Counted from the first letter of the stretch, positions 1 through 9,141 are shown. The stretch: 64,000 nucleotides of DNA from Bacteroidetes bacterium HLUCCA01 (GCA_001314545.1 LIHN01000017.1:15904-79903), one strand, 5' to 3'. Numbers and translations are program-made. The notes: generated by a model from the sequence alone, not told the origin.

Positions 1-2810
1 TTGTAGGCCCCGCTTCGGGGATTGTCAAATCGAATCCCTGCCCGAACCCCTTCGAAATCGTCATTGAATTCCCACCGGCCATCCGGGGTCTGGATGAGGA
101 TAACGGTATCTTCCTCCGCCTCGCCAACCTTGATAATCAGGGGCAGCGAACCGGTACCGGCGGTATAATTCACCACATAATCCGGGGCAGTTGCAACATA
201 GCCTACATGACCATAGCCACTCAGGTCATTTGAGCCACCCGCCAGAATACTCTGGGTGTGCGGATCCGGGGTAAATCCGGCACGTAAATTGACCGACCCG
301 TACTGTGGTTCCCTGGAGGGGTCTGGTCCGCTTCCGTCACCCAGGGTTCCGCTGCCGCCACCATTGGAATCATCAGCGGACAGTTCGGTGATGTACACGT
401 TGGCGCTGGCTGTAGTCTGCGAGTAGGTCCCGATCCAGATATTGTACACACCACTCTGGGGCGACTCCATTTCAATGCGAGGATTACTTCCGTCGAAGTC
501 GTCATTATACGCCCAGCTTCCATCGGGTTTGTTTATCAGCATCACCAGATCGGTGCTTGATTCCGCGCCGATATACAGCGGGAAGGTGCCCGAGGTGTAG
601 TTCAGATTGAATGTAGGAGGCACGCTTACAAATCCAAATCCGTCGAAGTTGCTCAGATCCACATTATTGTTCGAGATGCTGTACGTGCGGGTCCACGGAT
701 CGGGAGTGAAACCGGCGGTCAGATCTACCGTCCCGTTTACGGGCGATGCGTTCAGGTCGGGCTCGATCACATCCGGAGCAGTAGGAACCAGGGCAACATC
801 CACCCGGGTGCGACCTTCAAGTGCGATGGTCTGACTCACATAACCCTCATTGGTGATCCGCAGCGTTGCATTCTGATTGGGCGCTGTGATGGTGTAACCA
901 CCCTGTGCGTTGGTGGCGGCGGAAGCGGATCCGCCCTCTACCGAAACGTTCACACCGGCCAAAGCGCTGCCGGAACGTGAGTCGGTGATGGTTCCGGTGA
1001 TGGTTCGCCGTGCGGCCTCCTGCTCGCGACGGATCCGATCCTGCTCGGCACGTTGCGCGTCGCGGTCACGGATGCGCTGGCGGACGGTACTGATTTCGGT
1101 CAGAGCGGTTTCATTGTCGCTGTCGCGGTCCAGTACCGACTGATAGGTAAGCAGGGCCGCGTCAAGATCGCCGGCAGAGGCTTGCGAGGCACCCTGCTCC
1201 AGCAGGGATGCAATGCGGGCTTCACGATCGGCCTCCGATTCCTGCCGCTGTCGTTGCACCTCAGCGATGCCGTCGAGTGCATCCTGATTCTGGCTGTCGC
1301 GGTCGATGACCATCTGGAAGGTGATCATGGCCGCTTCAAGGTCGCCCGACTCCAGGTGACCATCGGCCTGCTCCAGCAGGGACAGGATGCGTGCCTGCTG
1401 TTCCGCTACGTTGTTCATGTACCGGGTAAAGCCAAAATACCCACCCCCTGCCAGTACGAACAGCACGATGGCGGCGATGATCCATTTGCCGGCGCCGCCG
1501 GATTTTGGCGCTGGTCGGGGCGTCTGCAGGCCTCCGCCTCCGCCCCCACCAGCCGCCGTAGCCGCACCGCCCGCGTCCGCGGCAGCGGCGTCCGAAGCCT
1601 TGCCTACCATGGTTTTCTTGCCGCCCGGGTCGCCGGCGCTGCTGCCTGCCGCGGCCCCTGCCCCGCCGCCTGCCGCGCCGGACCCGGAGCCACTGTCCCC
1701 AAGCGCTGCGGCAGCCGCCTCGGCCGACATCGGCCGGGTTTCCCGGCCGCCCGCACCACCGCTTCCCGGCGCCGATGCAGATCGGTCACCAGCACCACGC
1801 TCCACCGCGCCGCCGGAAGCGGAGGTGCGCGGATCCTGCTCCTCGCCCCCATACTGCGCGCCGGCCGCCGCCGCACCGATTCCCGCCCCCGCACCGCCGG
1901 CAACGGCACCCAATCCGGCCGTGTCAATAATCTGGGTCTCCCTGCCGCGCGCCGGCCGGCCCGCGCCCGCGCCCGGAGCACCCCCGGCCGCAGGCCAGGA
2001 TCCGGTACGCATAAACTGCGATGTAGCCTCCACCAGCGACTCCGGCGTCGGCCGGTCTTCCGGTCGAACCGCCATCATGGAAGCCACCAGCCTGCGGAAA
2101 GGCTCCGAAAACGTCTCCGGAAGCTCCGGCACGGCCGCGCCGGTCTGCAAGCTCACGCCGCCATTGCCCATCCAGGGCACATCGCCGGTAATCATTTCGT
2201 AAACCAGTACACCAAGGGAGAAAATGTCACCCGCCGCTACCTGCTGCGGCTTGGCCGCAAACCGCTCGGGCGGCGCATACGCCACGGTCATGGCCTTCAC
2301 CATACCCGTCTGCTTGCGCAGCGTGCTGCGCATCCGCATACTGATCCCGAAATCCATGAGCAGGTATGTATCGCCTTTGCCGATGAGGATGTTGTCCGGC
2401 TTGATATCCTGATGCAGGATTTCATGGGAATGCAGATGGGCCAGTCCGTCGGCTACCTGGCGAATCAATTCAGCCGACTGCTTTTCGTTAAACTCACCCT
2501 CCCGCTCCAGCTTGTCGTACAACGACCCGCCGTCAATCAGGGGCATAACCAGAAACGGCCGACCTTCCCAGATATCGAAGTACCGCGCTGTAAGCAGGTT
2601 GGAATGGTTCAGATTGAGCACCACGGCATACTCCCGCCGAAACTGCTTGAGCCCCTGCTCGTCCATGCCCCGCTCAGGCGCATAAATTTTGATGGCAATT
2701 TCAGCATCATCGGCCATCTGGTCGATGGCACTCCAGACTTCGGAGAAGCCTCCCATCCCGATGCGCTTCTGCAGTTTGTAGCGGTTGGCAAAGATTGTAT
2801 TCGGTTCCAT
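1..2810 (-). CDS. Membrane-anchored Hanks-type Ser/Thr protein kinase with extracytoplasmic TPR-like, CarboxypepD_reg-like and tandem beta-rich domains. The C-terminus lies beyond base 1, and the ORF is absent from the supplied track because its stop is outside the window.
   Basis: Own translation of the minus strand from ATG 2810-2808: MEPNTIFANRYKLQKRIGMGGFSEVW (Gly loop), IAIKIY (VAIK Lys), HQDIKPDNIL (catalytic loop), DFGIS, AYAPPE. A ~200-aa G/A-rich linker follows, then TM helix WIIAAIVLFVLAGGGYFGF and two TPR-like units (GDLEAAMITFQMVIDRDSQNQDAL; GDLDAALLTYQSVLDRDSDNETAL). Next come ITGTITDSRSGSALAGVNVSVEG (CarboxypepD_reg-like) and two ~115-aa repeats. The codon phase counted from 2810 matches the reading at bases 3-59 (..DFEGVRAGIRFDNPRSGAY), and I saw no stop in this frame. 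Confidence 0.85.
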   Translation of the reverse strand, partial: MEPNTIFANRYKLQKRIGMGGFSEVWSAIDQMADDAEIAIKIYAPERGMDEQGLKQFRREYAVVLNLNHSNLLTARYFDIWEGRPFLVMPLIDGGSLYDKLEREGEFNEKQSAELIRQVADGLAHLHSHEILHQDIKPDNILIGKGDTYLLMDFGISMRMRSTLRKQTGMVKAMTVAYAPPERFAAKPQQVAAGDIFSLGVLVYEMITGDVPWMGNGGVSLQTGAAVPELPETFSEPFRRLVASMMAVRPEDRPTPESLVEATSQFMRTGSWPAAGGAPGAGAGRPARGRETQIIDTAGLGAVAGGAGAGIGAAAAGAQYGGEEQDPRTSASGGAVERGAGDRSASAPGSGGAGGRETRPMSAEAAAAALGDSGSGSGAAGGGAGAAAGSSAGDPGGKKTMVGKASDAAAADAGGAATAAGGGGGGGLQTPRPAPKSGGAGKWIIAAIVLFVLAGGGYFGFTRYMNNVAEQQARILSLLEQADGHLESGDLEAAMITFQMVIDRDSQNQDALDGIAEVQRQRQESEADREARIASLLEQGASQASAGDLDAALLTYQSVLDRDSDNETALTEISTVRQRIRDRDAQRAEQDRIRREQEAARRTITGTITDSRSGSALAGVNVSVEGGSASAATNAQGGYTITAPNQNATLRITNEGYVSQTIALEGRTRVDVALVPTAPDVIEPDLNASPVNGTVDLTAGFTPDPWTRTYSISNNNVDLSNFDGFGFVSVPPTFNLNYTSGTFPLYIGAESSTDLVMLINKPDGSWAYNDDFDGSNPRIEMESPQSGVYNIWIGTYSQTTASANVYITELSADDSNGGGSGTLGDGSGPDPSREPQYGSVNLRAGFTPDPHTQSILAGGSNDLSGYGHVGYVATAPDYVVNYTAGTGSLPLIIKVGEAEEDTVILIQTPDGRWEFNDDFEGVRAGIRFDNPRSGAY

Positions 2811-2863
2811 AAACGGTAGTGATTGAATGGTTCGGACCGGCAGAAGAACCGGCCGAAGAATGG

Positions 2864-4180
2864 TTAGTCCTGATTTTGAATTTCGACTTTCAAGGTGGTG
2901 TCACCAATGGTGATGATATCGCCGGGCTGCAATTCGGCGCCGTACTCATTCACGCGCCGACCCTGCACCAGCAGTCCGTTGGTGGACGGATACCAGCCCT
3001 TTACCCCCCCTTTGTCACGATACTGCCCGTCCCGGATGGTCCACCGGAAAGTGTTGGCATCGTACTCCAGGGTGCAGTGAAAACGGGAGATGTACTGGGT
3101 GAACAGCTCGGCGATGCCGATGTCATTGCTAAAGGGGTCCTCCTCGTTGAACCAGCCCACGGTGAGAAAACGCTTGTTCAGACTTCGGGAGAGGGCGGTC
3201 AGGTTGTATTTTCGACCAATTTCCTCGCCATTTTTGACCTCCAGATACCAGGTGGAGGCGGCCGTGACCGGCACCATCGCTTCATGGCTGTTCAGCTTGA
3301 TGGAAAGCGCATCCATGACTTCGGTGATGTTTTGGTAGCGGTCTTCGGCTTTGTAGCGCAGACAATTGGAGATAACCTTCACCCAGGTTGCGTCCGGACT
3401 CATCTGCTCCAGCAGCTCCCGGTTCCAGGCTTCGTTACGCTTGCGAAGCTCATAGCCGGCCATATCGTTCATGAACGACTCAAACGAGCCGAAGGGCAGG
3501 CCCCCGCGGGTGATGAGTTCGTACATGACGGCCCCGAAGGCATACACATCGTTGGTCGGACCCATGACTTTCATAGCCTGCTTCGGATCCATCTGCTCGG
3601 GGGGCGAGTAGGTGCCCGTGGCAAAGACTTCCTTGGCGTGCCCCATGAAATTGGCCACGGTATGCCGTTTTTTAACCGAGGCGGAGATGCCGAAATCGGC
3701 CAGTTTCGGGGTTTTATGCCGGTCGAAGAGGATGTTGTCCGGCTTGATGTCGCGGTGGATGATCCCCTCGGCGTGCAGGTCGTAGAGCCCTTGCAATATC
3801 CCGGCAGCCAGCTGGCGCAGTGTCGGGGGATCCATCGGCTTGCCGATCAGGTCGGTAAGACTGCCTCCATCGCACAGTTCCAGCACCATAAACGGGTTCC
3901 CCTCGTAGGTGTCATAATCCAGGCAGCGCACAATGAAGCGGCTGTTCAGCGACGACCCGTACTCGTATTCCTGACGGAACCGCTTGGCGTATTCCAGGCG
4001 TTCGTTGGGCATGAAGGTCCACATCTTGGTGACCTTGAGCGCATAATCGGTGTGATGATCGCGCACTTTGTACACGCTGCCAAAGCCGCCCTCGCCCAGT
4101 TCTTTTTCAACCAGGTATTCGGTTTTGCGCGAGGGGATGCGGGTTCCCTGCCGGATGTCTATGGAGGATGGGGCCGACAT
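2864..4180 (-). CDS. Cytoplasmic Ser/Thr protein kinase with C-terminal FHA domain
   Basis: 438-aa ORF with LGEGGFGSVYKV, YALKV, HRDIKPDNILF, DFGIS and YSPPE. The C-terminal ~100 aa look FHA-like (FLTVGW..ISRFHCTLEYD..STNGLLVQGRRV..LQPGDIITIGDTTLKVE). Its ATG abuts the stop of the upstream gene (TAAATG at 4178-4183). Confidence 0.9.
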   Translation of the reverse strand: MSAPSSIDIRQGTRIPSRKTEYLVEKELGEGGFGSVYKVRDHHTDYALKVTKMWTFMPNERLEYAKRFRQEYEYGSSLNSRFIVRCLDYDTYEGNPFMVLELCDGGSLTDLIGKPMDPPTLRQLAAGILQGLYDLHAEGIIHRDIKPDNILFDRHKTPKLADFGISASVKKRHTVANFMGHAKEVFATGTYSPPEQMDPKQAMKVMGPTNDVYAFGAVMYELITRGGLPFGSFESFMNDMAGYELRKRNEAWNRELLEQMSPDATWVKVISNCLRYKAEDRYQNITEVMDALSIKLNSHEAMVPVTAASTWYLEVKNGEEIGRKYNLTALSRSLNKRFLTVGWFNEEDPFSNDIGIAELFTQYISRFHCTLEYDANTFRWTIRDGQYRDKGGVKGWYPSTNGLLVQGRRVNEYGAELQPGDIITIGDTTLKVEIQNQD

Positions 4181-5005
4181 TTAGGGTTCGTTGATTTCGA
4201 TGGTGTAAACTTTGTTGCCGATGATGATTCTGCTGCCCGGTGCTACCTGGGTGCGTTCTTTGGCCTGTACGAAGGTGGCACCGTTGCTGCTTTTATCCTG
4301 CACGATGAGGTTGCCGTCGAACACGGAGATGGTCAGGTGTTCTTTGGAGGAGATGGTTTCGTTGGCGGGGTCGAGGTCGGACCGGTTGAGGCTGAGCTGC
4401 ACGCCGCTGAAGGCCACTTTCCGACCGGTTTTTTCGTCGGTGAGCACGATGATGGGTTCGTCGGAGGAGGTGTCGCCTACCTGAAAATCAGAGAGCCGGC
4501 GGGTTTTGGCGTCGCTGGGTTTGGATTTCGGGGTTGGGGGCGGGGTCGCTGAACCTACGTGGACCCCGGTGCCCTGATCTGCTGCCGATCCCATGCCCGG
4601 ATTTGCCGCGTTGCCGGCTCCTGCACCTGCGGCTGGACCGCTGGCACCCTGCACACCGGCCGGACTGCCCGTGAACCCGCAATTCGGGCACGGAGCGTTG
4701 ACGGAAACGGCTTGTCGGAGCGGATAGTAGCCGCATTTATCGCACCGCTGGACGCTGGCGGATGCTGCGCCGGGCGAGGGTGCTCCAGCCGGCGGCGGAG
4801 GCGGGGCGTTGCCGGTATCCCATGACGGGGCTTCGGAGACCCGGCCCACCATGGTTTTTTTGCCACCGTCGTGCTCCGGCGGAATGTGCATCCCGCCATT
4901 GGCTGGCGGTTGTGGGGCGGCACTGCCGGAGGAGAGTTTGGTTCCGCATTTGACGCAGATTTTGGCGTCAGGGCTGTTCTGGTATCCGCATTCGAAACAT
5001 CGCAT
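4181..5005 (-). CDS. Double zinc-ribbon / FHA-domain protein
   Basis: 274 aa. The N-terminus carries CxxC..CxxC (MRCFECGYQNSPDAKICVKCG), and a second ribbon reads CDKCGYY..CPNCGF. A P/A/G-rich linker leads to a C-terminal FHA-like fold (LSLNRSDLD..ISSKEHLTISVFDGNLIVQDKSSNGATFV..GSRIIIGNKVYTIE). Confidence 0.85.
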   Translation of the reverse strand: MRCFECGYQNSPDAKICVKCGTKLSSGSAAPQPPANGGMHIPPEHDGGKKTMVGRVSEAPSWDTGNAPPPPPAGAPSPGAASASVQRCDKCGYYPLRQAVSVNAPCPNCGFTGSPAGVQGASGPAAGAGAGNAANPGMGSAADQGTGVHVGSATPPPTPKSKPSDAKTRRLSDFQVGDTSSDEPIIVLTDEKTGRKVAFSGVQLSLNRSDLDPANETISSKEHLTISVFDGNLIVQDKSSNGATFVQAKERTQVAPGSRIIIGNKVYTIEINEP

Positions 5006-5020
5006 GGCTGTGGGTGTTGA

Positions 5021-6664
5021 TTAAATTTGGGGTTTGGGTACGGGGTTTTCTGCTGTTTGGCTGGTGGAATCCGGAGCCGGATTTTTTTCGGGTTCCGCTT
5101 CCCCGCTGTCCGGTTTGCTGCTACCCTCAGACTGATCGTCGGTGGGTATACGGAAGGAGGGTTCACTGGGTGTGGGTTCAACGGTTTCGGCTTCAGCCGG
5201 GGCACTTTCTTCAGCGTCGCTGCCGTTTTGTGAGGATTGCCCATCGCCGGTTGTCTCTTCAGGCGGAGCGACTTCGCCCTCCCGACCTGCACCGGAACCT
5301 GAATCGCTGCCCGACCAATCAGCCTCTCCGCCGGTTCCGGTTGGTGATTCGCTGTCGGTTCCCGGACCTATAGTGGCACCATCGTCAACAGCGGAGTCTA
5401 TCGGGGTTTCCGGGTTATCACCGACGGTTTCGCTGTTTTGTACTTCTTCCGTCGGGTCGGTGGTCACATCGTCTTCATTGGTTTGAAACAGCGTGAAGTA
5501 GGCAACGGTCCCGGCAACCAGAAGCAGTACGGCAATAATAAGCCATAGCCTGCTGCCCGACCCGCCCGAGGTGGTATTTTCAGCGGCGTATCCATCGTCA
5601 ATGCCGTAGCGGTCGGAAGCGCCGCCGCCGGGGTTGTCCACTCTGTCACCGGAACCTCTTCCGGATTGGCCGACCGAATCCGGCAGTCCCGGATTTTTAA
5701 CAGTGGTTGCACCAGCGCTGCGCACCGTACGTACCGTTTCACCGTTAGTACCGGCAGCACCGGTTGCGGCACCCGGTCGGTCATCGGCCTCAAGTACATC
5801 CAGCAGCAGGCAGGTGATGTTGTCTTCTCCGCCGGCCCGATTGGCATGCTCTACCAGCTCGGCACAGGTATCAGCGGTACCTTTGTTTTCGGATAACACC
5901 TGCTCGATTCGCTGATCGGGTAGCATGCCGTTGAGTCCGTCGCTGCACACCAGCACACGATCGCCGCTGTAGAGGGTAGTGCTTCGTGAGGAGGGCTTCG
6001 GAGGTTGTTCAGGCGAGCCGAGGCTTTGCAGAATCAGGTTGCTTTCCGGGTGGGTGCGGGCTTCCTCGGCCGACAGCTTTCCTTTTTTGACGAGGTCCCA
6101 GACCATGGAGTGGTCGTCAGTGAAGGGCAACAGCGGTTCTCCCGGGGTGTACACGTAGCAGCGACTGTCGCCGGACCAGGCGGTGTGCAGCTGATTACCG
6201 ATGACCCAGGCGATAACCAGCGTTGTACCCATCCCGGCCGTGTCCAGGTTGGCGTGCTGATGCGCTACAATGCGTTCATGGGCCTTTATTATGCAGTCCC
6301 GGAGAAAAGCTTCCCGTTTTGCGGCAGAGCCCGGTACATCGGTGAGCTGCTGAAATGCTTCCTGTACGTATTCCTGTGCCAGATGAGAGGCAACCTCGCC
6401 CGCATTGGTTCCGCCCATACCATCGGCTACTACCAGCAAGGCACCGGCCTCCCCGGCCGGCACGATGTCGCTTCTGCGGAAGCCCCAGGCGTTGGCGGCG
6501 ATATCACGGGCGACCACAAAGTTATCCTCATTGTGGGAGCGCTGCCGACCAACATCGGTGATGCCGAACAGGGTGAAGGTTTTTATCATAAGCTGCGTGG
6601 GATTCGAATACGTTAGGTTTACAGGTGGCCGGGCTGCAGTGCGTTTACCAGGGTGTTCAGACAC
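5021..6664 (-). CDS. PP2C-family Ser/Thr phosphatase with TM anchor and long acidic S/T/P/E-rich tail
   Basis: 547 aa with GITDVGRQRSHNEDNF, VVADGMGGTNAGEVAS, VCSDGL and GGEDNITCLLLDV (PP2C metal-binding motifs). TM helix LWLIIAVLLLVAGTVAYFTLF is followed by ~160 aa of acidic low complexity. An alternative start is ATG at 6589 (MIKTFTLFGITD). Confidence 0.88.
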   Translation of the reverse strand: MSEHPGKRTAARPPVNLTYSNPTQLMIKTFTLFGITDVGRQRSHNEDNFVVARDIAANAWGFRRSDIVPAGEAGALLVVADGMGGTNAGEVASHLAQEYVQEAFQQLTDVPGSAAKREAFLRDCIIKAHERIVAHQHANLDTAGMGTTLVIAWVIGNQLHTAWSGDSRCYVYTPGEPLLPFTDDHSMVWDLVKKGKLSAEEARTHPESNLILQSLGSPEQPPKPSSRSTTLYSGDRVLVCSDGLNGMLPDQRIEQVLSENKGTADTCAELVEHANRAGGEDNITCLLLDVLEADDRPGAATGAAGTNGETVRTVRSAGATTVKNPGLPDSVGQSGRGSGDRVDNPGGGASDRYGIDDGYAAENTTSGGSGSRLWLIIAVLLLVAGTVAYFTLFQTNEDDVTTDPTEEVQNSETVGDNPETPIDSAVDDGATIGPGTDSESPTGTGGEADWSGSDSGSGAGREGEVAPPEETTGDGQSSQNGSDAEESAPAEAETVEPTPSEPSFRIPTDDQSEGSSKPDSGEAEPEKNPAPDSTSQTAENPVPKPQI

Positions 6665-6738
6665 AGCGACCGGAAAGGGCGGCTGCGCGATGGTTCAATG
6701 CGCAGCCCTGCACCTGATATGCATCAACGCCACGGGAA

Positions 6739-8241
6739 TCAGAAGTTACCGATTGGGGTGATGTAGTCAATTTTGGCATAGGCTCCGGTAACAATGCCGA
6801 TGACGGTAGCCTCGCCGTTGTGAAGCGTGAACACAGGTCCGCCCGAGTTTCCGCCGTCACTTCCGGCTTCCGCGGCCTGAATTACACCGTCTTCAATGCC
6901 AGACAACGCCACCTTCGCGGTGGAGAAGTAGGGTTCGAGGTTGCCGGAGCTTCGAAGTCGTTCACCGTAGCTGTAACCAAGCACAAACAAATCGGTTCCG
7001 TTGCGCAGTTCGCGGGAGAGGGGCTTGTTGTAGGCCAGACCGCCACTGAGCGGGGTTTGCATGTAGGCCCAGTCGGCACCGGAGAAGAAGCGCGTTTCCC
7101 GTACTGCACCCTGATTGCCGCTGCCCAGGTCAATGCGGTGCATGGGATCCTGACTGAAATCGGCCTCCAGTTCCTTGTTGGTGAAGGAAAAGCGGATGGC
7201 CCCATCGTACGATTCTGCTGTGAAGTGGAAGGTGGCACTTCCGCCGCTATGCTCAATAATATTGGCCTCGGCGAAGGGGGAATCTTCTTCCAGATCGTAC
7301 AGGTCAATGCAGTGCCGGGCTGTTACAAAAATACCATCCTGCATTAAAAAGCCGGTACACATGAGCTGTCCGCCCAGGTCGTACGACTCCTCGCTGCCGC
7401 CGAAGCTCATGTCAAGCCGATGCAGGCGGAGGGCCAGAACGTACCCTTTCAGCGGGTCAATGATATCGGCAAAGTTGACGTTGCCGCCGGACGCCAGCAA
7501 TCGTTCGCTTTGTTCGCGCAGTTCATCGATGGTTGATTCCATCTGCGCCCGTTCCTGCTCGCGGCGTGCGCGTTCCCGTTCGAAGGCCTGTTGCGTGGTG
7601 GCGAAGCGGGAGGAAAGGTCTACATTTCGGGCATTGAGTGCGGCCAGGGAGTCGGCCTGCGACTGGGTGATTTCGGCTTGCAGGGCAATCAGGTTTTCCT
7701 GCTCCACGAGGGTTTGCTGCATGTTGTAAATCAGAAATCCGGCGACGCCGATGGAGAGGAGCAGTACCATGCTTATGGCGATGACGGCCGTGCGGTAGGG
7801 TCGGATCGACTGCTGCATAACCAGGTTCATCCGGCTGGTGAACCCCATTTTGGCTGTACCCTGTTTGGTGGTATTGTACCGGAGTCGGGGACCTTCCAGC
7901 GAGAGCTGGATTTCATCGCCGTTGTTCAGGAAATAGCGCTCGTTAACCGGTCGGCCGTTGACCAGGGTCGGGTTCGACGTTGATAGGTTCAGGATGTAGG
8001 TTTCGTTGCCTTTTCGTTCAATAGCCGCGTGCTTGCGGCTTACGGTAGGGGTATCATCGCCGAACCGGATTCCGCAGCTGCGGTCGCGACCCAGCTCCAC
8101 GTAGGGAACGACGATGGTCTCAAAGGCTCCTTGCTGCTTGCCGTTGGCCGGCGAGAGGTATTCAAGGGTAAAGGTGGGTGTGTTGACGCCGCCCAGTACT
8201 TTCATGCCGGCGGTCAGGGATCGAGTAGCTTTATTTGCCAT
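6739..8241 (-). CDS. FHA domain - TM - coiled coil - trypsin-like (S1/Trypsin_2-type) serine protease fusion
   Basis: 500 aa. The N-terminal FHA reads ELGRDRSCGIRFGDDTPTVSRKHAAIERKGNETYILNLSTSNPTLVNGRPV..GDEIQL. TM helix TAVIAISMVLLLSIGVAGFLIY is followed by a ~90-aa heptad-like segment. Protease motifs are FVTARHCI (His), GADWAYM (Asp candidate) and GGNSGGPVF (Ser). Confidence 0.8.
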   Translation of the reverse strand: MANKATRSLTAGMKVLGGVNTPTFTLEYLSPANGKQQGAFETIVVPYVELGRDRSCGIRFGDDTPTVSRKHAAIERKGNETYILNLSTSNPTLVNGRPVNERYFLNNGDEIQLSLEGPRLRYNTTKQGTAKMGFTSRMNLVMQQSIRPYRTAVIAISMVLLLSIGVAGFLIYNMQQTLVEQENLIALQAEITQSQADSLAALNARNVDLSSRFATTQQAFERERARREQERAQMESTIDELREQSERLLASGGNVNFADIIDPLKGYVLALRLHRLDMSFGGSEESYDLGGQLMCTGFLMQDGIFVTARHCIDLYDLEEDSPFAEANIIEHSGGSATFHFTAESYDGAIRFSFTNKELEADFSQDPMHRIDLGSGNQGAVRETRFFSGADWAYMQTPLSGGLAYNKPLSRELRNGTDLFVLGYSYGERLRSSGNLEPYFSTAKVALSGIEDGVIQAAEAGSDGGNSGGPVFTLHNGEATVIGIVTGAYAKIDYITPIGNF

Positions 8242-8274
8242 AATTTTCGTGTTCGTGTTACGGGAGATTGGAAG

Positions 8275-9141
8275 TTATTGAAACGTCACGTCGCCTTCAT
8301 CATTGACATTAAATTGCAGGAGGACGGTTTTTTCGCCAACGCGGCGCATGGTAGTGGGTTCTATGGGCACGCTGCCATCACGGAAGAAAATGCGCCCTTT
8401 GGCGGTCGATGAACTGGTGCCGGAGGGCATGCTGTACAGGTTGGCTTCCACCAGATAGTTGCCGGGCTCGGCCTCGCGGATTTCCCAGACTTCGGCGCCG
8501 GGACCGTTAACCACGTCCTCGCTGAGTTCGCCGGGTCGACCGGGATGGGTGGCTTCGGCGTAGAAAAACTCCGCCCCGGCGGGATCGGTCACATGAAGGT
8601 CTACATCCACCCCCTGCTCGGGCCACTGAATGTAGATAACCAGGAAGGTCTTGGCCAGCTGCTCGCGGGCGGCCTGAAGTTCTTCCTCAAGTTGGGCCAT
8701 TCCGGCGTTCTCCTCGTTGAGCTGCTGCTGGGCATCTTCCAGCTCACGCGAAGCCTGCTGCAGTTCTTCCCTGAGCGCATCGGCTTCATCCTGTGCGGCC
8801 TGCACCTGTTCCTGGAGCTGTTCGTTTTCCTCGCGGGTTTCCCGCAATTCGGTAGTCACTTCCTGTACCTGCTGCTGCAGATCGTTGATGCGGTCCTCCA
8901 TCGCCTGAAACTGCGCCATCAGCTCTTCATACATGGCTTCCGGAACCGATTGCCGGTATTCATCCAGGATGGTACTGATTTCCGTGAGATCTTCATTCAG
9001 CTGGTCTACCTGCTCCAGGATGTCCGACTGCTCGGCCGTGAGTTTGGGCACAATCACATACAAAATGATGACCGCACCGAGCGCGCCGGACAGCAAATCC
9101 AGGAAACTTGCCCCAAATACATTTATTTCTTTGCGGGCCAT
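8275..9141 (-). CDS. ExbD/TolR-like TM protein whose periplasmic part is a long E/Q-rich coiled coil plus a DUF2135-like beta-sandwich
   Basis: 288 aa. The N-terminus KEINVFGASFLDLLSGALGAVIILYVIV resembles the TolR/ExbD segment (SEINIVPLLDVLLVLLLIF), including the membrane Asp (D15). About 130 aa of coiled coil follow (..QQQVQEVTTELRETREENEQLQEQVQAAQDEADALREELQQASRELEDAQQQL..). The C-terminus reads VDVDLHVTDPAGAEFFY..GELSEDVVNGPGAEVWEI..PGNYLVEANLYS, which recalls YfaP/DUF2135. Its start overlaps the stop of the MotA-like gene (TGATG, 9139-9143). Confidence 0.6.
   Translation of the reverse strand: MARKEINVFGASFLDLLSGALGAVIILYVIVPKLTAEQSDILEQVDQLNEDLTEISTILDEYRQSVPEAMYEELMAQFQAMEDRINDLQQQVQEVTTELRETREENEQLQEQVQAAQDEADALREELQQASRELEDAQQQLNEENAGMAQLEEELQAAREQLAKTFLVIYIQWPEQGVDVDLHVTDPAGAEFFYAEATHPGRPGELSEDVVNGPGAEVWEIREAEPGNYLVEANLYSMPSGTSSSTAKGRIFFRDGSVPIEPTTMRRVGEKTVLLQFNVNDEGDVTFQ

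Noticed and set aside
1053-2819. 588-aa plus-strand ORF (and the nested 271-aa P/A-rich ORF 1387-2202) listed in the track
   Set aside because: It is antisense to a minus-strand frame with clear kinase motifs. Its composition is Arg/Ala/Gly/Pro-rich with no recognisable motif, which is typical of shadow ORFs in high-GC DNA.
2819-4552. 577-aa plus-strand ORF
   Set aside because: It is a shadow ORF opposite the kinase-FHA and Zn-ribbon-FHA genes and has no motifs. The minus-strand products have textbook kinase and FHA signatures.
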